This document shows positions 49,680 to 62,377 of a DNA stretch of 64,000 nt, in pieces (within the stretch, counting starts at the first letter, position 1; every line of letters starts with the position of its first letter). The DNA is from Microthyrium microscopicum (taxonomy: Eukaryota): positions 127,067-191,066 of the forward strand of contig MU004233.1 of the NCBI GenBank assembly GCA_010405405.1, written 5' to 3'. A program made the position numbers and the translations under genes. Under the pieces are notes generated by a model. The model was not told where the DNA came from. It did no database searches and saw only the letters and a list, made by a program, of their open reading frames with translations.

Positions 49680-51020
49680 TCATTTAGCTATGGCATACTG
49701 GAAGAACGCAATGGCCATTGCTTCAGCTTCAGCATGGGAATCCACAGAGTCTGGACGTCTGTTTGAATAAGTGTCAGTATAGCTCTTCCACTCGTAGGTC
49801 CAAGAAAAGAAACTCACAATCTGTGCTTGGTAAGATCATAATTCGCTATCATGGAGATATTGTCATTCTTGTGGACTTGAATGCCTCCCAGGCAAGGCGA
49901 ATATCCAGTAATAGTTTGCCATTTCTGACCGTCGACTGTAGTGCCGCCATCTCCTCCGTAAATCGCATCGGAGCTGCATGCTGCTTTGCCGTTTACCATT
50001 ATCTTCATGTCAAGGGCTCCATCGTGAAGATGCGGGTAAGCGCCAACAATATATCCGTCTGCGCCAGCTCGGTAGATTGGCGTCTCGAAAGTGATCGGTT
50101 TGTCTTTTGGAGGACGTAGAGCAAGTCCAGTAGTCGAGCAGGCAACCTGGAGCATCCCCCATCTGACGTCCAAATACTCCTTTGGTGGTCCACTAGGAAA
50201 GCTCAGGTAATCCATGTCTACAGTAAAGTAAACTTCTTGCGGCTCGTTCTGATAGTTGACGACTTCAGTCATCAACAACAATGGATCATCTTTGCCAATC
50301 CAGTAACCACTCTTCACCGTATCATTGACAGACGAGAACACAGTAGTATCGCCTTCGTTACCCTTGGCTAACATCAGACTTGGGGCGGGGTTTCCGGTGG
50401 CGCCGTTGAAGCCTTGCGGGAAGCGCTTGTTGAGGCTTTTCATATGGCCCATTCCACCCATTCCACCAGAGTGAGATGTTCCAGATGCACCAGCTGGACA
50501 TTGAGAGGTGAGTGGCATCAAAGGAGCCATGGTCATTCCTCGTCCTGCATCAGCAATGATGATGTGATGAACATATATTTTCTTATCCAGTCCAAGACGG
50601 GTGCCAGTCTTATCGGTAAACTCCCCTTTGGCTTGGAGAACCATACAGTCTTTGCAAAGACCAGAGAGTTTTCTTTCGATGGTGTCACTCTGCGCATCCA
50701 GCTTCAATGGCGTTGCCTCATGCTTGCCCTTGTGATAATGTTAGTATCAACCCATTACTTGACTGAGAATGCAGACCCACATTGGATGGTTGGAGAGTAT
50801 ACGGCCCAAATATGAGCTTCTCTCTGGTTGCATTTGGAAAGACCGTAGAGTTGGATTTGACTACTTGGAATGGTGAAGTGGGACTTTTAGCTTTGGTGCT
50901 GCTCACTGCCCCAAAGAAGCCAAGTCCTAGGTTTGACTGGCGCTTCTCTAATCTTTCAAGTTGAGGCAGAACTGCAGCTTCTACCGCCGTTAGTACTACT
51001 GCAAACGTAGACAACCTCAT
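49680..51020 (-). CDS. Secreted protein with PHM/DBH-like (copper type-II monooxygenase / SURNod19-like) motif set, 3 exons
   Basis: Signal peptide plus KR propeptide; IYVHHIII; GAYPHLHDGA; terminal exon RPDSVDSHAEAEAMAIAFFQY; GT-AG introns near 50730-50780 and 49759-49818. Confidence 0.75.
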
Positions 51021-52552
51021 TTTTGTAGACTGAATCGAGATTGTTGGCGGTCACGACAACATCTCCTGAAGTAATGCGAACTGCACACATATATCTTCGG
51101 GACGACCGCGTACATACTCCCTTACCACCCGATCGTGTTTATTATAGTATAGTGGTCATAATCGAAAGAGGTAGAAGCGTCGATTCGTTTAAAAAATGGT
51201 TCAGGGCATGGGCAGTAATCTTTCAGTGACATTTCATCTCGAGCAAAGTGCTAAAGGCTCATATTGTTGCCCTGATTGGTTCCTTGAACGTAAACGACAT
51301 CGTCAAACAATTGCCATTAAATCGCCAGAGTACAAACCCCCGCATAGTATATGCCAGCGCATAGGTTGTTGTAGACTAAAAGGTGACAATCGCGCATTGG
51401 TGTTTGGCAAGATTGACTCAGAAGGATGTAGGAACAACTCTTATTTCTATGCAAAAAAATTCTTCAGCATAAGTCTTCTCTCCAGTGGCTATTCTTGAAG
51501 ATATCTGTGGTTTACGACCCCATCATACACTTTGTTACTCCAGGGAAGAGAATGATAGTTTTTAACGGTGATTCTGCTCGTACAGCCATCATATAACATA
51601 CAAAAACAAGGCCTTCTAGAAATCATAGCAGGAGCACTCATGAGAAAACTGTAGCATGGGCATAAGCAGCGAATAAGTAGAACACCCCTTGTAGAGCTGC
51701 CAAAATATCGCTCAAAGACTCACGCAAGAGAAATGATCGATCTTTCTCAGGCGGACAAAAACCACGATTTCTGGGATCATCATACTTTTTAGTATTCTGG
51801 TATCTTTACAAGACGATGGGCTTTTTATATAGCTCTATTGAATCAATCTGAAAAAGATAGTCTTGGCTAAAACCATTATAGAGTCTGATGGGGTATCTCC
51901 TAGGGGGATCTCTAGTCCTCGATTTATGCTGCCGCAGCATAACAGTGCAGGATAGAGCACAATGGACATAGTCAGTCGTACGAGAGTAGTAAACATGGCT
52001 CTGATTTTGAACATTCACAGAGAGCCAGATATGGAGTAAGATAGCAAAAGCTAGCGGAGAGTAGTAGGTTTTTACGAAGGTGCCGCAAATGGTGGTTGCT
52101 AATGTGCCGCCATAAATGAGGCGAGTCTGATACATAATGATCCATATCAGAATCGGCCAGCAGCGGCCAGGACTGGCTGTTTGCACTGAGCGGCGAGACA
52201 TCAAGCATGAACCGCGTGGATGCACCAAGTTCAAGTCCCTTAGATGCTTATCATAACCAACGATATCACACCATGCAGTCATGATCGGGAAAATCTTCTT
52301 CTTTTCGTAGGCAGAGACACTCAGCATTTGCATATAGTAGTATTGGCCTATATGAAATATGACAGCGGTTCTCTACACCGATCATCCTCCTGATATCTCT
52401 AGCAATAAACCACTAGGATCCGAAAAGTGATTATCATTAAGGTATTACCATTTGTTTGTAGCCTTGTGACAAATCGAACCAAGATACACAGTTCTTTTAT
52501 ATTGGAAAACATTCATTATTTCTCGTTACTTCGTAGTCGATCGTAGCACAAT

Positions 52553-53839
52553 TCACCTTATCGGCGAAACAGGCGATTGGATAGAATTCCCTGATGTTGC
52601 CGAAGTGGGACTTGCAGCAGTCGATACCGGAGACTGGTGAGGTGTCTCTGGTTCGGGATTTGTTGGCCTTGATACATTTTCTGGCATTTCTGGTGCGACC
52701 TTGACATCAGCAGGCCATGTCTGAGTTGTTGATGCTGGTAGCTCGTGTCTATGGCCTTTTTCGTCGCCGGTAGCAAGCTCTACCATGCTATTGCCAGAGG
52801 GTGCCATTTCTGGTCTGTAATGTTTCTCGTCATTGGCAACTAGTTCCGCTCGGCTTGAGCTCGTGCCGTCGACTTCCCTGGGTACGTCGGCGGCGGGCAG
52901 TTCGGCAGCGAAATGTTGCTTGCTTCCCAGGTCGTTGATGCTGTTGCCCCTGGTGGTCATGAATTCGGATGAGCTTTCATGCTCCTTAGCTGCAAACTTT
53001 GCATCGGAGGCCGACTTTTTCCGTCTTTGTAGTAGCAAAAACAAGGCGAGAAGTATTAGTGCAGCTAGCCCGACAAGGGATCCAATCACGATTCCTGCAA
53101 TGGCACCTCCGGAAAGATGGTTTCGTTGTGAAGTCGACGAGCTACCCTCGAGTGAACCGGAGGTTGGAGCTGCAGTTGCGGAAGTTGAAGACGTGGGAGG
53201 TGCAGTTGCATTGGCTCCAGCAACAAGACCAGCGGCGTACACCAGTGCAGCATCGGTGACGTTATTGTCCACAGTGTTATTGCCACGAATGTCGGGATTG
53301 CAGATTTGGGGATAAGATTGTTCGTTTTCAAAAGCAGTCTGGAACGATATCTTGGAGCACTAAGCGAGATCAGTTACAAGTTCCGTAGACGTCGCAGAGA
53401 TATTCCTTACCGCGAATATAATTCCAGCAGGTGTATTGGCGATGAGTTGGAAGATGGTCTCAACCTCCGGTAGTATGCTCGCAGGGATTGAAACTGGAAT
53501 ACAGAATTGTGCTTTATCGCGACTGGCCTGATCGAGTTGGGCCTCCAATGCAGGCACCAATTGAGTCCAATTGCTCGGAGTACCGGTGTCATCTACAGTC
53601 TGAGAGACTCGCGTCATGTAGCTGATTTCGGTCTCTGTTTGGTTCCATCTGAGCTGATTGAGTAGATTTGTCGTTGAATTGTCCTGAACGAAGAAGCCGC
53701 CGCATGGTGATATTGATTTTTGAGATGGCACAAGACCAAATGGTGGAGGCCAGATCCAGTCGAAACCTACATCCGCCGCGCGAGCAAGAAGTGATGTTGA
53801 AGTGATGACAATCGCGAAGGCTTGCAGATAACGCGCCAT
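52553..53839 (-). CDS. Type-I membrane protein with BIM1/X325-like ectodomain
   Basis: Signal peptide; WPPPFG..SPCGG..FCIP..FQL..FA|CS with four Cys; intron 53360-53410; S/T stalk; TM LSGGAIAGIVIGSLVGLAALILLALFLLL followed by RRKK. Confidence 0.8.
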
Positions 53840-54858
53840 GTTGAACCGTTGAGCGAAGGGACAAAACGGGCCTTAGAAGGCTATACAGCACGTGGAAGTA
53901 TAACGTACTTGAGGCATAAGAAGGCGCAAAGAAAAAGACCCTTGATGGCGATAAGAGAATTCAAGTTCGTACAGGGCTGAGGAAGAGAGGTTGAGAAAAC
54001 GGCGACTTGGAAGAAATATTGCATGAAATGATGCACGACAACAACTTCGGATAAGATCAACGCGCCATTCTGCGATTGCTATCACTGTCTTGCATTTGTG
54101 GCGTTATGGTGGAGAGCTTGGCTTTGATTCAAGAGTACCATTGGGCCATATTCGGAATTGATATGAGCTAGCATGATTAAAGTTGGAACAAGTCATGTAG
54201 CTCCCGCTTGCTTCTAATCCGCAATAGGCTGTTATTCCACCATTATTCGAAGCTCGGATATCGGTGTGGGGATACTTATTCCAACCCCGCGAATCATACA
54301 TGAAGTCTTTGTGCATCATTGTCGAGTGCGTCACTTTACATCCTGTTTTCTGTGGGTTTACTGCAAGATGGAAGTATTTACCAGCTGGCCCACAACCGCT
54401 CGTGTGCTCCTATCATTTTCAGAATCCCTATCGCCAATTGAATAAGGTTCAAATGTTTGTAGGTGGCCGCTTCACCATACCATCTGGCAAATACTGATGG
54501 TCGTGAAGAGTTATGATAAGCGTACGCGCAAAAAGAATGACAGCCAAGCAAAAGATATATTGGTTATCTCAAGGCTCCAGCGAGAACTTTGAGATAATGC
54601 AATACCTACGTCGGCCAAGTAATATGCTTCTCATCTCTGTGCTCTGAGTCGTCGACTCTTCGGCCTTTCTGCTTGCCAAGGACTTCTTGATCCCAAGAGT
54701 CATCCCAGTGCGTTAACCGATTCCACCACTGATTGAGGCTATCGTTTGAAGAGATCTTGGCTCCTTCCAGACTTCAAGGTGGTTCGGCCGACTCGTGGGT
54801 GAGATTCATCAGACAACCAGTTCAGACGAGTCAAATGCCCAAAAACTGTAGAAGTCCA

Positions 54859-56499
54859 TCAAGTCTTCAGTTCCTTGCTTGCTGGAATATCCATCTTGTA
54901 TTCACTTTCTTCGTCTTCAGAGTCAGAATCGAGCAATCCAACAGCCGAGTCGTCATCATCATCGCCATTGACCACCACCCGTCCATCAAGCATGATACTT
55001 TCAGGGACTTCAACTTCTTTAGTACTTGAATCGCCAAAACCATCTCCATTTTCAATCCAGTACATTAACAAATGTCCAAATATCGAGACAATAGCCAGCA
55101 GCCAAAAAGCTGCGACAATGTAGCCAGCGCTAATACTCCAAGTCAATGTCTGGCCTGCAATGAATGGTCCACAGGCGCGACCAATAGCTGCGATCGACGT
55201 TGCAATTCCGTTGAGGGTCCCGAGAACCTGCAGACTTGTAGCAGAGTTGGTAAGGAGAATAGTAAGACCTGGGAAAGCAAATATTCCTCCCAGAGACTTG
55301 GCGAACATGTTGAGGAGGAGAGTGGATTGCTGTAGAAATGGTGTCGGCATGAGGACTGTGAACGGAGTGATAACGTAGGTGACGGAATATATCAAGGTCG
55401 CCCACCGAAGACAGACTACAAGTCCGTATCGATTGACTAATGGAGGGAAGATGGTGAATTGCGCAAATGTACACCAAGCTCCATATGCAGTAAATATGGC
55501 ACCGATTCGACCAGATTCCAGGCCAAATCCGCCTGCAAACTTGAAGGGAAGTATCACGCCTTTTCGATTTACCGGAAGATGCAAGAATACTGGCAATAGT
55601 TGATCGTATGCAACCTGATGGAAGGCAAGAATGAAGTAAGAGATGAGGACTAAGATCGTGTTGTGAGTGAATATTGCTCTGTAATTTACAGGAGCCGTCT
55701 TCGTATCTCGACTTCTGTTCTTGCCTGATTCTCCATAGTTGAGGGATTCATAGTCTCCCAGAGTATCTGCATGTCCCTTCTTTCTTGTAGTGCACTTAAC
55801 AAGAGCTTGTCCGATTTCGCGGCCACGATCTCGATCGTATTTCTTGGTTTCCAAGGATTCTTTTAGAAATAGCCAGCCAACGGTGATGCCAAATGTAAAC
55901 ATGATTCCGCTTGCAAGATTTGGTAGGAGATAGGGAAACATGGTGAAGAGCTTGCTCTTGCCGAATATTGCTGGTAGATTCTTGACCGGAGAGGCAAGTG
56001 CTCCACCGATCATGGGCCCAACTGCTGTTCCAAATTGGCCTACCAATGGCATAGTGCTGAATGCTCTTGGTTGTAGTTCTTTGTAAGGTACCATTTCGGC
56101 GACTGTGGTTCTCAAGATTCCAACATTTCCTGCGCTGGCTCCAGACAGAACTCGAGCAAATATGGCCCACCATATACTTCGTGAGAAGCCAAACAGGATG
56201 CTAGAAGTCATAGCACAAGTCATGGCCAAGAGAATCATTGGTTTTCTTCCATAACGATCCGATGCTCGACCCCAAGGTATCGCAGTACAGCATTGTGCTA
56301 TTGAGAAGATGGCAGATATGATTCCAGCCCACTTTCCAACTTCATTCGGTGGCACATCGAAGGACTCTATCATTTCTGGAAGATATGGAAATACGCTCGT
56401 CAAAGACATGGGCTCTGCTAAACGACATATTGCCAGAATGCTGAGTTGCGCGACTGGAAGTCGAGGCCGACCATCGGACTTGTTGGGACCAGACCCCAT
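54859..56499 (-). CDS. MFS transporter (YCR023C/ZIFL-like)
   Basis: QLSILAICRLAEPMSLTSVFPY; motif A WGRASDRYGRKP; about 12 hydrophobic segments; LGTLNG..GRACGP. Confidence 0.93.
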   Translation of the reverse strand: MGSGPNKSDGRPRLPVAQLSILAICRLAEPMSLTSVFPYLPEMIESFDVPPNEVGKWAGIISAIFSIAQCCTAIPWGRASDRYGRKPMILLAMTCAMTSSILFGFSRSIWWAIFARVLSGASAGNVGILRTTVAEMVPYKELQPRAFSTMPLVGQFGTAVGPMIGGALASPVKNLPAIFGKSKLFTMFPYLLPNLASGIMFTFGITVGWLFLKESLETKKYDRDRGREIGQALVKCTTRKKGHADTLGDYESLNYGESGKNRSRDTKTAPVNYRAIFTHNTILVLISYFILAFHQVAYDQLLPVFLHLPVNRKGVILPFKFAGGFGLESGRIGAIFTAYGAWCTFAQFTIFPPLVNRYGLVVCLRWATLIYSVTYVITPFTVLMPTPFLQQSTLLLNMFAKSLGGIFAFPGLTILLTNSATSLQVLGTLNGIATSIAAIGRACGPFIAGQTLTWSISAGYIVAAFWLLAIVSIFGHLLMYWIENGDGFGDSSTKEVEVPESIMLDGRVVVNGDDDDDSAVGLLDSDSEDEESEYKMDIPASKELKT

Positions 56500-57013
56500 C
56501 GCGAGATATGGGGCAAACACTGAATATCGATGGTCGGGAGTCGAAGGTGGTGTTTGTGGTCACTTAATAAAAGATATGATTCGATGCTGTTGTTATTACA
56601 GAACTCGAATCAACATTTCAATCATCACCAGGTGATAACTTTCTCCGCGAACGGTATTAGCATCACGAGAAGATGGTGCAAATATTGACTGCAGGACAAT
56701 ATCATCATTAATATCCCGGTCTTGCAGATCCCCTACCCTCTTTTGCGATAGCAAGCTGCAGCCGATAGACTCTTAACCACTTGTAGAACGCTGTAATCAG
56801 CCTTGCAGGCAAGTCGGAAGCGGGTGCGCTTTGGGTTTGAGGACGAGAATTCAACAGAAATGAACTCCGATTTGTTCCCTTACCTGATTTTCAAGCTAGG
56901 AAAGCTAGAACGAGCTTTGAAATTTATATCTCGAAAGAACTGGTTGAAAGAACTTTACTGAAAGAGTAACACATACACTATTCATAGCAGTAATTTGAAA
57001 GGATTTGACAACT

Positions 57014-57225
57014 TAAGGGGTTGACAAAATAAATGGCAGGTTCCTAGCGAGTGCGATGGCTCCTATACAAGACGATCGATTATTAAGTGCTTTATTTACC
57101 ACCGACCGCGTTCAGACTTGGACAGTTTATCGAAAGCGATGGGAAATATAACACCTTTTATTTAGCAGCGTTCGTGGAGCCATCGACGCTGATGGGAGAA
57201 CGACAATTATTTTGTCATGCGGTTG
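57014..57225 (+). mobile_element. MITE copy 5 (diverged left end)
   Basis: TAAGGGGTTGACAAAATAAATGGC..GACAATTATTTTGTCATGCGGTTG; TSD ACAACT on both sides; internal sequence resembles copy 4; 212 bp. Confidence 0.88.
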
Positions 57226-58021
57226 ACAACTCATGCATCGCCAGAGCGGGCCGATATCGCCAATGCAGCATGTTAAGGATCAGATTGCTCAATTCGTTTG
57301 TCAAGTCCTCAAGAAGCAGCTCTGACGTCTTTTCAAATGGAAAAGCAAGTACTTCTGCAGATTGTATATTATTGTTTGGTGTTTTCTGAAGCCTCAATAT
57401 GGTTTAATATATTGGAAACTGTCAGTGATCATCCCCAGAAGTCTGAAGACATATTGTTTAAGAAAAATATATGCGCGTGCCTGGTTAAAATTATCGTCCT
57501 GTGCGAAGCGGTCCCTATTGCTCATGATCCGTGAGATACATCTTCTCAAAGACGCTTCAGAAGTTTAGAAGCTTCGTGATAAGTTACAGAAAGCAGGTTG
57601 CGGAGTATTTGATATCGATCTACTTGTGTTTGTCATTTGACTTGCTCATGTATCAAATGAAGCATTCCTAAAATCCAACGGCCTTTCCGAATAATTTCCA
57701 TAGATGTAAGTAGCTACCAGATACAGAACCTTTGTTGACTGATTGGAAACCATGCGCTGCATAAAATGGCTGCTCGCACAGACATATATTCACAGTATTA
57801 GGAGTGGAAGAAAGCTGATTGGCTGAATGGTCATAGAGGTTTAATGGCCAATACTACCAAACCGGCAGTCTTGGCCAGACAATCCTGATGATTGGTTTCC
57901 AGGTTTTAACGCTGACATTAGGACTTACCAGGTGCCTTTTACAATACAAACTGATATGGTCGTGTATGCATCTTGAAAACAGGCAACGCTGGACTTCTTC
58001 CTTTCTACACCCTGCCTCATC

Positions 58022-59182
58022 ATGGCTCAAGTTACACCTACACCTTCTGCAGGGCGGAAGCTCGACTTGAGACAATTGAATTCTTTTCTGGGTGCTGGTA
58101 ACTCATTTTTCAGTTCTCTATTTTCTCCAGATACTTCAACAAAAGCACCGGATACACCCGCCAAAACGTCTCCTGTAGCGACCAAGGGACTTGCCAGTCA
58201 GACAACTATCGCGACAACAAGTCCGAATGTCCAAACAACGCCAGCTGCAGCGCAAGCATCAGAGCAACCGGCACCAACTCCTGTAAGTCTCACCAGCTCG
58301 TATCCAATGACAAAGTGAGCTTACAGAATATAGACCGTCACACAAAATACACCTCAGACCACAGCGATCATCAGTTCTGCAACATCGCCGCAGTCCACTG
58401 GGTCAGCTATCACGACAACCAATGCCTCCATTCCGCCTGGCTCACAAACGTCTAGCGTTAGATCCATATCTACATCAAATTCAACATCGACAGACTCAAC
58501 CTCCTCAATACAACCCACTGGGTCTAGCAGCCCTGCTATAACTTCAAACGGAACAAGCCATTCCTCCAAAGCAGGACCCGTTGCTGCTGGTGTTACAGTC
58601 ACCCTCACTCTTTTATTGATATTTGGACTGGTCGCCTTCTTCTTCATTCGTCGAAATCGAAAGCGGAAAGCCAGAGAGCTTAAAGTTCGAAGTCGAACAG
58701 ACTCGTTCCTAAGTGTCTCATCTCGCGATGCGATAGTCCCAGTCACAAACGAATTCACTTCATACTCTCTTCCAACGGAGCCAGAGCCTGTCGCATCTCA
58801 TTCTGGAACACCAAGATGGAACGGTTTTGCTGGAAACAACGGCAGCGCCAGCAACCATGATGCACTTTCAACACACACCCGATTATCTTTTCAAAAACCA
58901 ACGGTGATATATGTTGGTCCCACAGTAGAAGACACAGACCATCGACGCTCTTTGTCACTTAACAGTCACGAGAGCATCTTGGATTATTCACTACCTCAAA
59001 GTCCAGCATTCCAAACTTCAGAGATGTCGAAACTAGGAGGGCCGCCATCCGAGCTCTTTCTGCCTGCTGCCTTGGTTGCTGGGAGAAAGCCGGCGTTTGG
59101 CGCGACTGTCACTTCACCAAACCAGATGAAGGCACCTCTTGTGGGTCAAAACCAAGTACCCAGGAAGCCAGTTCCTGCATAG
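58022..59182 (+). CDS. Ser/Thr-rich single-pass membrane protein (Mid2/Wsc-like architecture)
   Basis: S/T-rich exons joined by intron 58283-58333; TM VAAGVTVTLTLLLIFGLVAFFFI followed by RRNRKRK. The true start may be in an upstream exon. Confidence 0.75.
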
Positions 59183-59727
59183 TTTATACTGCCATGATTT
59201 TCTTTGTTGATAATGAGATACCCCGCGGAAATCATAAATGAATAATAACTTCTATTCTCCGCAAAAGTGCCGGTGTATTGTCCTCGCATTATCCGAGTAC
59301 GCTAGACCCCCAACAATGTCACTCAACTCACTTTAAACATTACATATCAAGTTTTCTTGTCCGATCCCAAAAATAATGGTAAATGTCTCAACTCGATATT
59401 GAATCACCATGCAATTATCTGGCATTGTCAGTAGTGATCACCATTGCATGCTTGGAGCTCACAAAGCTTCTATTATTTGGCCAGTGGCTTCCTATTCGGG
59501 ATGTAATGTATCTTGCCGTCTTCGTATCACCAAAGATGTTTCGAAGAGCGGTGGAACAGATGAAACAAAGGGTCCTATCAGAGTAAGGTACCGATACAAA
59601 CATCTGCCCCGCTCATCATACATCTGTGTGTTCATTCAATCTCAACTTCTTCATCTTTCTGCTATCTGAAGTCAAACAACTCGTTGCATGATATAGAAAA
59701 CCGGCCATTGTAGCGGCACATTCCAGT

Positions 59728-62377
59728 ATGGATTCACTTCCCAGCTTCCTAGCTCTGAACACATATCGTCGCTACAAACAAGACACTGACACTATCGCCA
59801 CATGGCTCGCAACTACAGCTCGCAAGTTTGGCTTCTCATCGGATTTACTCCAAGCTCCTGAGAAGCCAGTACAGAAAAGCGGTCGTCTCAAGGGAAATGC
59901 TCGAAAGCAAGCAAAGAAATTGGCTGGATCTGGCGCGATAGATGGCTCGCTCAAGCCTCATGAGCCTGCAGTACCAAGATATACCATCGAAGTATCCGAT
60001 TTCATCACGATGGCTGAGTATGTCGCTGGTAAGAAGACTTTGAGTGTACCGTCCAGCATCTTGAGCACACTGAACCGGGCTATCAAATTGCGGAAGGACC
60101 ATAGTAGCTTCTATACCAATCAGCCAGAGGAAGTCGCCAAATTACCAGCAGCCAGAAAGAGCGATGAGCGACATGAGCATTTTGTAGGTGTCCTGGAGAA
60201 AGTACGGGAAGTCCTGAAGCCGCGACTCGCACCTGGTTCTATAGAGCCTGTTACTCCAGCTGAATATGGCGATAAACACGACGCAGATCTCTTCACCAAC
60301 ATGTTTCAGGGACTGCAGGTCCAAGAGCCATCAGAGGAGTTCCTTGCTGCACCAGATGTACCGATGGCTACCAATACGCCTGATGCCATCTACCAGCTCA
60401 AGGCGTCAGACGATCCTTTGGAACAATATCTCGGAATTGCTGCACTACTGCAAGATCTTGCCGGCATCAAAAGCGCGGTTCGACAGATCTGGAATCAATA
60501 CTTGCAAGGCGAGATCAGTCTTACTACAGCATCAGTCGCTACGGATATTGCCATCGAGCTGGCAGGTCAGTTGGAAGAACAATACCTGAAGGATAATCCA
60601 CATCAGAAGACCACAGAGGAGGCTCGAGGACAGTTCTTTGGTGTACAATGTGTTCTGCATGGCGAGCATCCTGGAAACAAAGAGCGAGATTCCGATCCCA
60701 TCAACCTCAAGCGCTATGATCTTGTGGAGTTCTCGCTCCTCAACATGCATATCCTAATCGACGCTTTCGGAGATGTGATCAAATCGACTAGTAGCCATCC
60801 TCTCTTCAAGTCGGGGTTCTATGGAACCTACAATGCATCCGCGGACAGAACAAATATGTCAGGACCTAAGAAGTTCGACGAAGACAAGATCCTGCTCCTC
60901 GAGATCATGCCAGATATCATGCTGTATGGCAAGAAGTTCACGCTCAATGGCTGCGATGCATTTACGAAAGCGGTTCTTGAATTCCAAAGAGAGCTCAAAC
61001 ATTCATTGGTGCTTGATTTTGCGGCTCAAATTCATTTGATGATCCATCATATCCTTCGTGGAAAGCCAGATCAGCCCTGGGCAACTTTCAAACGATTTGC
61101 CCACAACAGCCGAGCGTCTCTAGAGCAGAATATGAAATTCCACGAGAATTTGAGGATTGATACCTGGCCAAAACAGAATGACATGGTTCTCCAAGCGATC
61201 ATGAAAAGGATCGACGAGACGATAACTCAGGACACAATACAGGACATGAAGACAAAAATGGTGAGTCCCATATCATCACCTCATGCAAAAATTTGAGAGT
61301 TAACTTTGTTTTAGTCTGTCCAACTTGGCGTTGTAAGTTATAGTTCCATATCAAGCCTTTCCATGTCTTCTGCCTAGATGAACATACAACAGTCTCCACT
61401 AACCCAGTCCACAGCCTCCAGAAACCACCAGATCCCATAATTTCTTCATCAACCACCCATGGCTATGTGGGTCCCTTCTCTTTGGCCTAAAGCTCGACAT
61501 GCAGGAAGTCAGTCTCGGCTTCTGCAACATCTGGGGTTCCATTAAATTCGCCGCCCAAGCCTACAACGCCGTTCGCAAAGAGAAGCTCCTCGAAGACCGA
61601 TGGGCGGATATGGATCTCGCCATGAGTCTCTACGGCCAACAAAGCATCTTCGTCGGCGACGCACCAAACAATGTTGACGATTACCTCAAACGGTTTTGTC
61701 TGTCAATGGGTTACTCGGCCCGAAATTTTGCGAAAGGTCGTCGCAAGGCTGAAAAAGCGATCGAATCGAGCGCTGGGCCACGAGGACAGCTTGAGGCAGA
61801 GAAGATTAGTCCGGTGGCTTACCAGTTGAGACATGGATATACAGAATTTCAGTCTGGTGCTGTGGCTTCGAGCCTTGAGGCTGTTTTGAAAGTATGCTTG
61901 GAGAATGTTGACTTTGTTGATGAGCAGGACAAGCCTATTGCGGGCCTACAGCAAGCTCATGGTCGTGTGCCAGGCCGAAAGCAGTACACACCCGGACAGC
62001 TATTACAAATCATCTGTGGCGGACTCATGTCGGAAGAACTGCAATTGACATTTGACCATTTCCGTCTTCATCGCAATGCCTGGCGTGCTCTTCAATCAAT
62101 CGACAAGGAGAATCACGCAGATTTGGTCAAGTATTATGGCGGCTTGTACAAGGAGACTGAGAGCCAGCTACCGTTTGTAGTTGGGTACGTTTTCATGACT
62201 GCGAGCGGCACGAAGCAACTTGCAGGTATTCTGCAACCGAAAAAGGAGGATGTTGTCACTAGCAAGATGTTGGTGCAGACTGCAGGAGTGTTCAAAGGAA
62301 TGATTGATTCTGGCATTGGCGGTTTGGAGATCAGAATATTGGACAAAATGTATAACATAGCGGTGGAAGTTGAGTAA
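59728..62377 (+). CDS. DUF6604-type fungal protein, 3 exons including an 18-nt micro-exon
   Basis: TYRRYKQDTDTIATWLATTA, LNRAIKLRK, HEHFVGVLEKVREVL, NMFQGL. Introns 61261-61314 and 61333-61414 join the two long ORFs in frame. Confidence 0.85.

Noticed and set aside
51806..52333. 175-aa minus-strand ORF
   Set aside because: No motif, signal or clear gene structure; likely spurious or a decayed fragment.
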